A DNA stretch of 58,318 nucleotides from Candidatus Omnitrophota bacterium (GTDB taxonomy: Bacteria > Omnitrophota > Gorgyraeia > JABMRN01 > RBG-13-46-9): assembly GCA_013203315.1 (NCBI GenBank), contig JABMQJ010000019.1, forward strand, positions 1 to 58,318. The letters run 5' to 3'. This document shows, one piece after another, positions 1-7,534 of this stretch. A program made the position numbers and the translations under genes. Each line of letters begins with the position of its first letter. The first letter of the stretch is position 1. Below the pieces are notes generated by a model, which did not search any database, was not told the origin of the DNA, and saw nothing but the letters and a program-made list of their open reading frames with translations.

Positions 1-10
1 CCCCTTAATG

Positions 11-149
11 GGTAACCGGGAGACAAGGCAGTCCCGGCGCAGTTTCAGTCAAAAGTGCCGAATACCATCGGAACGATGGGATGAGGTACTTTTGACTATG
101 GCACATCTTATGAGGCGCTGCACCGGGACTGCCTTGTCTCCCGGTTGCC
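11..149. repeat. Long nested palindrome (REPIN/MITE-like)
   Basis: 32-bp inverted arms 11-42/118-149 (2 mismatches), inner 13-bp arms 47-59/85-97, apical CCATCG-GAA-CGATGG at 65-79. Confidence 0.8.
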
Positions 150-206
150 TCTCTTATGCTACGGAGAGAAAATTTTCTTGGGGAAAGGAATCGCGTTGCT
201 TGCTTC

Positions 207-1463
207 TTACGCGGTGAATTTCTTGAAGGCGAGGCAGGCGTTGTGGCCGCCGAACCCGAGTGAAGTCGATAGGGCTACGTCGATATTCATCTTACGCGGT
301 TTGTTCGGAACGTAGTCCAGATCGCATTCCGGGTCGGGATTTTCGTAGTTTATCGTAGGTGGAGCGATGCTGTTTTTTATAGCCATTGCGCAGGCAGCGG
401 CTTCTATGCCCCCTGCCGCTCCTAAGAGATGCGCGGTAACAGACTTTGTCGAGCTTACTGCAAGCTTTTTCGCGTGATCGCCGAAAAGCTGTTTTATGGC
501 TAGCGTTTCAACTCTATCGTTGTATATAGTGGAAGTCCCGTGAGCATTTATATAATTAACTTCTTCCGGCTTTAAAGATCCATCGGCAAGGCATAGCTGC
601 ATGCATCTTCTTGCCCCATCGCCGGAAGGATCCGGGGCTGTTATGTGATAGGCGTCGGCACTCATACCATATCCGACTACTTCACAATATATGGGTGCGT
701 TTCTTTTGAGCGCGTGCTCCAATTCTTCCAGGATAACTACACCTGCCCCCTCGCCCATAACAAAACCGTCTCTTTCTTTATCGAATGGGCGGCAAGCGCG
801 CTCCGGTTCGTCGTTTCTTGTTGATAGCGCCCTCAATGCGCAAAAACCGCCGAAACCCATTATGGTAATAGCCGCTTCCGAGCCGCCTGCAATCATTACG
901 CTTGCTTCATCCCGCTGGATTATCCTGCACGCATCTCCGATAGCGTGATTGCCCGTGGCGCAGGCAGTTACTACAGCGGTATTAGGCCCTTTTGCTTTGA
1001 AATGTATGGAAACCTGCCCCGATGCCATATTCACAATGAGCATGGGGATCAGAAATGGTGAGATCTTGCTGGGGCCTTTTTCGGGTCCGTGTTTGAAATA
1101 TTTAGCGTGCTCTCTTTCAACGGTATGAAGCCCGCCGATACCGGAACCAACGATAACACCGACCCTGTAGGGATCTTCGTTACCAAGATTGATCTTGCTG
1201 TCCCGGACAGCTTCCTCACTTGCTACTATAGCAAAATGGACAAACCTATCCGTTTTTCGAATTTCCTTCGGGGTCATGTACTTGGAAAGGTTAAAATCGT
1301 GAACTTCTGCAGCAATTTGCGAAGAAAACTTTGAGGGGTCAAAGCATTGAATCTTTTTGACTCCGCTTCGCCCCTCAATTAGGGAATCCCAAAAATCCTT
1401 TACTGTGTTGCCTACCGGCGTTACTGTACCCAAACCGGTTATGACAACCCTTTTGTTATTCAT
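207..1463 (-). CDS. fabF: 3-oxoacyl-ACP synthase II
   Basis: RVVITGLG start, catalytic TACATG, NAHGTST, KSVTAHLLGAAG, GFGGHN; next to acpP/fabG. Confidence 0.97.
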   Translation of the reverse strand: MNNKRVVITGLGTVTPVGNTVKDFWDSLIEGRSGVKKIQCFDPSKFSSQIAAEVHDFNLSKYMTPKEIRKTDRFVHFAIVASEEAVRDSKINLGNEDPYRVGVIVGSGIGGLHTVEREHAKYFKHGPEKGPSKISPFLIPMLIVNMASGQVSIHFKAKGPNTAVVTACATGNHAIGDACRIIQRDEASVMIAGGSEAAITIMGFGGFCALRALSTRNDEPERACRPFDKERDGFVMGEGAGVVILEELEHALKRNAPIYCEVVGYGMSADAYHITAPDPSGDGARRCMQLCLADGSLKPEEVNYINAHGTSTIYNDRVETLAIKQLFGDHAKKLAVSSTKSVTAHLLGAAGGIEAAACAMAIKNSIAPPTINYENPDPECDLDYVPNKPRKMNIDVALSTSLGFGGHNACLAFKKFTA

Positions 1464-1470
1464 TTAAAAA

Positions 1471-1713
1471 TTACTTTGAAGCGAGTTTTTCGTCTATGTA
1501 CTTGATCGCTTCGCCGACCGTGGTGAGCTTTTCGGCATCTTCGTCAGGTATCTCGACGCCATACTCTTCTTCCAGGGCCATAACCAGTTCCACAGTGTCA
1601 AGCGAATCCGCTCCTAAGTCGTCTACAAATTTCGCCTGTTCCGTAACTTCTTCCGGCTTCACACCCAACTGTTCGGCAATAACTGATTTAACTTTTTCTG
1701 CAATGCCTGCCAT
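1471..1713 (-). CDS. acpP: Acyl carrier protein
   Basis: [19 protein letters not shown] phosphopantetheine motif; SD AAGGAGGAGG. Confidence 0.98.
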   Translation of the reverse strand: MAGIAEKVKSVIAEQLGVKPEEVTEQAKFVDDLGADSLDTVELVMALEEEYGVEIPDEDAEKLTTVGEAIKYIDEKLASK

Positions 1714-1727
1714 TTACCTCCTCCTTC

Positions 1728-2468
1728 TTAAGTAACCATTCCGCCATCCACCTGGACAACTTGTCCTGTTATGTATGTGGAAGCGTCACTTACCAAAAAT
1801 AAGGCCACATTCGCAACATCATCGGCGCTTCCCCATTTACCCAGCGGGATCTGTTTCATGATCGCGCTTTTCACATCTTCGGGAAGCTTATCTGTCATCT
1901 GGGTTTTAATAAACCCGGGAGCAATCGCGTTTACGTTTACATTTCTTGCAGCGAGTTCTTTGGCTGCACTTTTTGTAAATGCTATTACGCCGCCTTTTGA
2001 GGCCGCGTAATTAGCCTGTCCGGCATTTCCTACCAACCCTATGATAGAGGCAATGTTCACGATCTTGCCTCCGCGCTGCTTCATCATGGGTCTGGCGACT
2101 GCTTTCGTACAGTTAAATGTGCCTTTTAAGTTCACGTCCAAAACTGCATCCCAGTCTGCCACATTCATCCGGACAAGTAGCCCGTCACGCGTGATTCCAG
2201 CGTTGTTGATAAGTATATCGATTTTGCTAAATTTGTCAAGGACTTTCTGGACAAATTTTTGAACGTCTTCGGCATTCGTGACGTCTACTTTTTCGGTTAA
2301 TACGCTTCTGCCCTTTGCCTCTATCGCTTTTTGCGCCAGAGACAGGGCGTCCGTATCGACGTCGCATATCGCTATGTCGGAACCCTCTTCGGCAAGCCTT
2401 AGGGCTATAGCCTCTCCTATCCCTCTGGCGCCGCCTGTTATAATAGAAACTTTATCCTTTAATAACAT
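1728..2468 (-). CDS. fabG: 3-oxoacyl-ACP reductase
   Basis: TGGARGIG, NNAGITRD, GQANYAASK SDR motifs; fab context. Confidence 0.96.
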   Translation of the reverse strand: MLLKDKVSIITGGARGIGEAIALRLAEEGSDIAICDVDTDALSLAQKAIEAKGRSVLTEKVDVTNAEDVQKFVQKVLDKFSKIDILINNAGITRDGLLVRMNVADWDAVLDVNLKGTFNCTKAVARPMMKQRGGKIVNIASIIGLVGNAGQANYAASKGGVIAFTKSAAKELAARNVNVNAIAPGFIKTQMTDKLPEDVKSAIMKQIPLGKWGSADDVANVALFLVSDASTYITGQVVQVDGGMVT

Positions 2469-2480
2469 AATAATGTCAAT

Positions 2481-2508
2481 ATTGTATCAATACCCTTCTA
2501 TTTGTCAA
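2481..2508 (-). promoter_or_regulatory. Sigma70-type promoter of fabG-acpP-fabF
   Basis: TTGACA-16nt-TACAAT with TG extended -10. Confidence 0.65.
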
Positions 2509-2523
2509 GCACCAATTTTAGTC

Positions 2524-4104
2524 TTATGTTATTGATCCGGAAAATCTCCCGCCGGTCAGTCCGTCGAGTCCGGCGGTAAGCTCCTGAATGCGGAGATGTT
2601 TTTCTAACTTGGCGTGCATGCTTTTCGGTGGGTTCATAAGAAATTCTATTTGAAGCCTTCTTCTCTCAAAGTAAAATCGCGTAACCTCATCAACGACATC
2701 GTCCCTTAGTTGCACCATCAGTTTGCTCCGGACGTCTATAGAGGTTTGAGAATCGTTCCACACTAAATCCGAAAGGTCCCACGAAAAGTTCAGGTCCCAC
2801 CCTCCGGTCTTGTCTCTTGGCCCATACATCCAGTATGAGGTTGCAGAGCTTGTATAAATTTCGTAAGTGTCGCTCTGAGACTGGTCTATCCCGAAGTTGA
2901 TCTTCGGAAACAATGCCTTGAATTTAGCGCCCGTTCGCCACTTTTTGATTTTCTCCGGATAAACTTCCGCGTAATCTATGGCCATCCTCACGGTTTCATT
3001 TATGGTGGGCTCGTTGTTGAATTTTGATAATATTTCCTCGACAGTTAAAGGTTCCCGGCCAAGATCGCCTGAATCCGCAAACGCCATCCTGTATACCTTC
3101 TCTTTGCAAAGCGCCCAGAGGTAACCCTTGCCGGATTCTATCATCAGTTTTTTTACGTCGACCGAATCCATGCCGGCATAAATTTTTTGCCATACATTTT
3201 CCAGGCTTAAGTATTTAAAAACGCCGTTTTTTGTAGCGACAAAAATTGTTTCTCTACCGTCTTTCGGCAAAAGCGCATAGTTGATGTGTCTACTCGATAA
3301 ACCGGCACTATTAAATCGCGTCCACGACAAGTCGCGGTCATCGGATATAAATAATCCCCTGTTCGTGGATAGATATAGCTTATTGGCGTAGACGATTATG
3401 TCATTTAACAAAAAACTTGTTTCACTCTCTTCATCTTCTGATAGATCTTCCATATCGTCGAAGCCTTCGGTTAGGCTTTCAAGTGAGGCGGCGGCGAAAA
3501 GCTTTTTATAATCTATGAAGTTCTCATCAATTGCATAAACTTCGTTATCGCATATAATAAATATTTTGTTTGGCCGCGATGCGTTTTCTTCTATGGCAAC
3601 GGAGCTTACAGCGGATTTACCGATACGGCCCTGCATTTTTTCCCATGTCTTGCCGCCGTCTTCGGTCCTAAATAGACCACCAAGCGTGCCTAAATAAATT
3701 ATGTTTTCGTCTTCATGATCCGGCACTACGCGCGTGCAGTAATTTTCTTTCCCCATACCGCTAAAAATACGGTTCCAGGTTTTGCCGGAATCCTGTGATT
3801 TATATAAACCTCTTTTTGTCGCGATATGAACGGTATCCCCCTTACCTACATATATGTCGTTCACGCCCCTATACTGGCCCCTGCACACAAAAAGCTGCTC
3901 CCAGCCCCCATCGGTATCGGGCGACCTATATAAACCGCTTGCGGTACCCATATAAACGGTGCCGCCGGCACCGGGGGCTTCGGTAATGGCGTAAAATTCT
4001 TTATCTGCAATACCGCCTGCCGCATCCTGCCATTCAGCGCCGCTTAAATAGCTCGTCGGAAAAATAGATAAAAGTAAGAGTGTAACCCAAAATATGCGTA
4101 ACAT
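2524..4104 (-). CDS. Secreted BNR/Asp-box beta-propeller protein with C-terminal TolC-like (single OEP repeat) domain
   Basis: Start moved to 4104 (SD AAAAGGAGG 4112-4120); signal peptide; SQDSGKTW, TEDGGKTW, SDDRDLSW Asp-boxes; C-terminal helix-beta-beta-helix ending LDGLTGG. Confidence 0.7.
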   Translation of the reverse strand: MLRIFWVTLLLLSIFPTSYLSGAEWQDAAGGIADKEFYAITEAPGAGGTVYMGTASGLYRSPDTDGGWEQLFVCRGQYRGVNDIYVGKGDTVHIATKRGLYKSQDSGKTWNRIFSGMGKENYCTRVVPDHEDENIIYLGTLGGLFRTEDGGKTWEKMQGRIGKSAVSSVAIEENASRPNKIFIICDNEVYAIDENFIDYKKLFAAASLESLTEGFDDMEDLSEDEESETSFLLNDIIVYANKLYLSTNRGLFISDDRDLSWTRFNSAGLSSRHINYALLPKDGRETIFVATKNGVFKYLSLENVWQKIYAGMDSVDVKKLMIESGKGYLWALCKEKVYRMAFADSGDLGREPLTVEEILSKFNNEPTINETVRMAIDYAEVYPEKIKKWRTGAKFKALFPKINFGIDQSQSDTYEIYTSSATSYWMYGPRDKTGGWDLNFSWDLSDLVWNDSQTSIDVRSKLMVQLRDDVVDEVTRFYFERRRLQIEFLMNPPKSMHAKLEKHLRIQELTAGLDGLTGGRFSGSIT

Positions 4105-4124
4105 CACAAAGCCTCCTTTTGCCC

Positions 4125-4154
4125 TTGACATAAACCGACGTTTGGGAGTAGAAT
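4125..4154 (+). promoter_or_regulatory. Possible antisense sigma70 promoter
   Basis: TTGACA-18nt-TAGAAT pointing into the hairpin element. Confidence 0.35.
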
Positions 4155-4163
4155 ATATTTACT

Positions 4164-4234
4164 AAAAACACGCGTCCCTTCCGGGACGTATCGTGTTTCG
4201 GCGCATGCGGCTTCCCGGCTTACATGCGCCTTTC
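4164..4234. ncRNA. Candidate structured leader or small RNA (two hairpins)
   Basis: AAACACG.CGTCCC-TTCC-GGGACG.CGTGTTT and GGCGCATG...CATGCGCC stems; T-tracts follow on both strands. Confidence 0.45.
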
Positions 4235-4235
4235 T

Positions 4236-4263
4236 ATTATAACATTATTTCACTTTTTGTCAA
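4236..4263 (-). promoter_or_regulatory. Sigma70-type promoter
   Basis: TTGACA-16nt-TATAAT with TG extended -10. Confidence 0.7.
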
Positions 4264-4322
4264 CAATTTATTGATTATTTAACAATATGGCCTGCGTATG
4301 GCTAAGGGTTACAGCTAAAGAC

Positions 4323-4763
4323 TTAGAAAAGGCGTATTACCTGCAGAATAAGATTGGCAAGAACCGCGGCGGCTATATCATCGAGCATTATGCCCAGTCC
4401 CCCGGGCAGGGCTTCCAGCTTCTTTATGGGGGGAATCTTGACTATGTCGAAAAATCGAAACAGCAAAAAGCCTATTATCAAAAATTTCAGGCTGAAGGGA
4501 ATAAAGAGGTATATAAGAAGCACCGAAGAGAATTCGTCGATTACGATCTCACGCGGATCTTTTTTCGAAAAATTCTTTTCGGCTACTGTGCTTGACCAGA
4601 ATCCCACCGCCAGCAAAATCGCGGTTAAGGAAAAATAAAGAGCCGGGTGATTTCGTACTGCAAGGTATAATAAAACCCCTAATAAACTTGCTACGGTTCC
4701 GGGCGCAACCGGCACGAAACCCACATAAAAAACTGTGGCAAAAAGTTTACTTATTTTTTGCAT
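4323..4763 (-). CDS. pgpA: Phosphatidylglycerophosphatase A
   Basis: APGTVAS, DPREIVIDE, FRFFDIVK, GIMLDD motifs; follows pgsA. Confidence 0.95.
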   Translation of the reverse strand: MQKISKLFATVFYVGFVPVAPGTVASLLGVLLYLAVRNHPALYFSLTAILLAVGFWSSTVAEKNFSKKDPREIVIDEFSSVLLIYLFIPFSLKFLIIGFLLFRFFDIVKIPPIKKLEALPGGLGIMLDDIAAAVLANLILQVIRLF

Positions 4764-5337
4764 TTGTAAAAAATCTTTTGTTTTTTACAAGGTACGATAC
4801 ACCGCTTATAACAGTCAGCACCGCTGTTATGATCATCATGTAAAAAATAATCTGTCTTAGCAAAAATTCAAGATTTTCGTTCCAAAATCCGAATACGCTT
4901 GTAGAAGATTGTTTGAAAACAATAAAAAATAGAATTACATAAATGGAGACCATCTGCGAAACGGTCTTGTGCTTCCCGGCCATCTCAGCCTCTATGAGCT
5001 CCCCCTTGGCAAGCGCTATTAGTCTTAGGCCCGTGATAATGAATTCGCGAAATACTATTATGACTACGATCCAGGCCGGGATTAGTTTTAGCTCAACAAA
5101 CGCCAGGAACGCCGATAACACTAAAATCTTATCGGCAATCGGATCCATGAATTTTCCGAAGTCTGAGATTTCGTTTCTTTTTTTCGCCAGGAACCCGTCA
5201 AGAAAATCTGTCCAACTTGCTATACTAAAAACCGCAAGCGCCATAATTTTAGACACCAGGCCTTTCGAAAACAAAAAGATCATGAAGATAAAGGTGAGGA
5301 TAATTCTCGATATCGTCAATTTATTCGCAATGTTCAT
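4747..5337 (-). CDS. pgsA: CDP-diacylglycerol--glycerol-3-phosphate 3-phosphatidyltransferase
   Basis: NKLTISR, DFLDGFLAKK...GKFMDPIADK CDP-alcohol phosphatidyltransferase motif. Confidence 0.95.
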   Translation of the reverse strand: MNIANKLTISRIILTFIFMIFLFSKGLVSKIMALAVFSIASWTDFLDGFLAKKRNEISDFGKFMDPIADKILVLSAFLAFVELKLIPAWIVVIIVFREFIITGLRLIALAKGELIEAEMAGKHKTVSQMVSIYVILFFIVFKQSSTSVFGFWNENLEFLLRQIIFYMMIITAVLTVISGVSYLVKNKRFFTNAKNK

Positions 5338-6734
5338 ATTTGACTGCCTACCAAATCATACTCTAGCGTATCCCCTATTTTAACATTTACAAAGTCCCCC
5401 GGCCTTAGCCCTCCTTTAGATGTTACATAAACCGTTCCGTCGACTTCGGGAGCATCATGCGCGGTCCTGCCCAAGTACCGGTTTTTTCCCTCTCTGTCCT
5501 TTTCGTCTATAAGGACTTTAACTGTTTCTTTTAAATAAAGTTTGTTATAGTCTTCGGATATCTTTTTTTGCGTTTCCATTATACGCTCGAGCCTGCGATT
5601 TTTCTCTTCCTCGGGGACGTGCCCGGGCATGCTAAAGGCGCGGGTGCCCTCTTCGGGTGAATACGTAAAAGCGCCGAGTCGTTCAAATTTTGTATTTTTA
5701 ATAAACTCTTCCAATTCGTTAAAGTCTTCCTCTCTCTCACCCGGAAAACCCACGATCACAGAAGTTCTTATGGCAAGGCCGGGGATATTTTTTCTCAAAT
5801 TTTTTATAAGGGCTATTATATCTTTTTTCGCCGTGCGCCTATTCATACTTTTCAGTATTCTATCATTAATATGCTGAATCGGCAAATCTAAATATTTACA
5901 GACGGCCGGTTCTTCGGCAATTGTCTTTATCAAGTCCTCGCTATAATGCGCCGGGTGTGTATATAGAAGCCTTATCCAGCGCGATTTCATGATTTGCGAC
6001 GCTTCTTTAAGTAGCGCGGCAAGTGTGGATTTACCGCGTTTGTCTATGCCGTAAAGAGTCGTATCCTGGCCGATCAGGTTTATTTCTTTTACGCCTCTTG
6101 CTTTAAGCGAAGAGATTTCCTTCAGGACGGATTCTCGGGATCTTGACCTGAACGGGCCCCTTATTTTAGGAATGACACAGTAACTGCAAAAATTCATGCA
6201 GCCTTCCTGGATTTTAACATACGCGGTGTGAGAAGGCGTTAAAAGAGACCTCGGGCTTTTGTGATTATACAAAAATCCGGGTACTTCATCAACAAGGGTT
6301 TTCTTTTGGCCTTTTAATATTCCCTCGATGTATTCGGGTATCCTGGTGAAAGTACTGCTTCCGAAAATAGCGTCAATCTCTCTTATGTCTTTAGCCAGGC
6401 CCTCGGGATATCTTTGCGAAAGGCAGCCCATAATAATAATGTGCCCTAGCCGGCCCTCTTTTTTAAGAGCGGCTAATTCTAAAATAACGCCTATAGATTC
6501 TTCTTTGGCATCTTTTATAAATCCGCACGTATTCACTATGGCGATGCCTGGGGTTTTAGATTTTCTTAGTCTCTCGGAATCAAAAAAGACCCGAAAGCCT
6601 TTCCTTTTAAGAGTGCCGACTAAAACCTCTGTATCTACTAGATTTCTCGGGCACCCCAGGCTTATTATGAATATGTCGTGATTTGCTTTTTGATTTGAAG
6701 ATGGGCGGGTCATCTTTTTGCTTTGAAGAGCCAT
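5334..6734 (-). CDS. rimO: Ribosomal protein S12 methylthiotransferase (start may be 6713)
   Basis: SLGCPRNLVD, NTCGFI, CMNFCSYC radical SAM motif, DAPEVDG TRAM domain. Confidence 0.95.
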   Translation of the reverse strand: MALQSKKMTRPSSNQKANHDIFIISLGCPRNLVDTEVLVGTLKRKGFRVFFDSERLRKSKTPGIAIVNTCGFIKDAKEESIGVILELAALKKEGRLGHIIIMGCLSQRYPEGLAKDIREIDAIFGSSTFTRIPEYIEGILKGQKKTLVDEVPGFLYNHKSPRSLLTPSHTAYVKIQEGCMNFCSYCVIPKIRGPFRSRSRESVLKEISSLKARGVKEINLIGQDTTLYGIDKRGKSTLAALLKEASQIMKSRWIRLLYTHPAHYSEDLIKTIAEEPAVCKYLDLPIQHINDRILKSMNRRTAKKDIIALIKNLRKNIPGLAIRTSVIVGFPGEREEDFNELEEFIKNTKFERLGAFTYSPEEGTRAFSMPGHVPEEEKNRRLERIMETQKKISEDYNKLYLKETVKVLIDEKDREGKNRYLGRTAHDAPEVDGTVYVTSKGGLRPGDFVNVKIGDTLEYDLVGSQI

Positions 6735-7528
6735 TTATTGCGCATTTTCAAGCCATCTTTTGATATTTGGATAGCCTTTATATTGCCTTCGCCGATCTTT
6801 CCGAAAGACACTCCGTTTATGGTAAATCTAAGCGCCTCTGCTCTCCCTACCCATAGTTCAATCGATTTTTTTGCAATCCATTTTTTTGTCGCATTTTTAC
6901 GAAGCGTACCTACAAAGTCAACGCGCCCGTCTTTACTTACCTTCATCCAAACATCCTCTGTACCGTGCAAAACAAGCTTGATCCGCCGATTTTTAGGTAT
7001 AACAGGGAAAACTATTTTGTCCTCGCTTTGTTTTACTGCTTCTTTTTTTGGGGATTTCTTGAGGGGTTTGGTAGTCTTAACGGATTTTACGGTTTCGACA
7101 GCTTTCGCTGTAGTAGAAATTCTTGTTCTATAGAAAGATTTTAATTTAAGTCCGACAAATAAAATAAAAAATACAACCATGAGCACAAGCACAAGAGAGC
7201 CGACTAGCGTAACCCATTTTTGTATCTCAACATCTTTCACTACCGGCTCTTTCTCGCCTATAACATCCAGGGCTTCGGTTTTTCTTTCGGTCAAAGAGGA
7301 TTTGTAGTCTCTAGCTAAACTGTCGGCATTAAGATCGAGCAGGGAGGCATATTTTTTCAAGAAAAGAAGGACATAGACCCTGTCTAAAATTTCCTCGGCG
7401 CGGCCCTCTTCAAAAGCCCTTATAATGCTCGATTGCATACGAGTGGCTTTGTAGATTTTATCGAAGCTCAGCCCTTTTTTCTGGCGGGCTTCTTTTAGGA
7501 TTTCGCCGATTTCTTTGGGGCTTTTCAT
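6710..7528 (-). CDS. rodZ: RodZ-like protein (HTH, TM, DUF4115)
   Basis: IGEILKEARQKKGLS HTH, one TM, C-terminal beta domain; ftsK-rodZ-rimO-pgsA synteny. Confidence 0.8.
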   Translation of the reverse strand: MKSPKEIGEILKEARQKKGLSFDKIYKATRMQSSIIRAFEEGRAEEILDRVYVLLFLKKYASLLDLNADSLARDYKSSLTERKTEALDVIGEKEPVVKDVEIQKWVTLVGSLVLVLMVVFFILFVGLKLKSFYRTRISTTAKAVETVKSVKTTKPLKKSPKKEAVKQSEDKIVFPVIPKNRRIKLVLHGTEDVWMKVSKDGRVDFVGTLRKNATKKWIAKKSIELWVGRAEALRFTINGVSFGKIGEGNIKAIQISKDGLKMRNKWLFKAKR

Positions 7529-7534
7529 GTTTCG

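Noticed and set aside
8-217. 69-aa ORF over the palindrome
   Set aside because: By-product of the GC-rich inverted repeat; no RBS, and it overlaps the fabF end.
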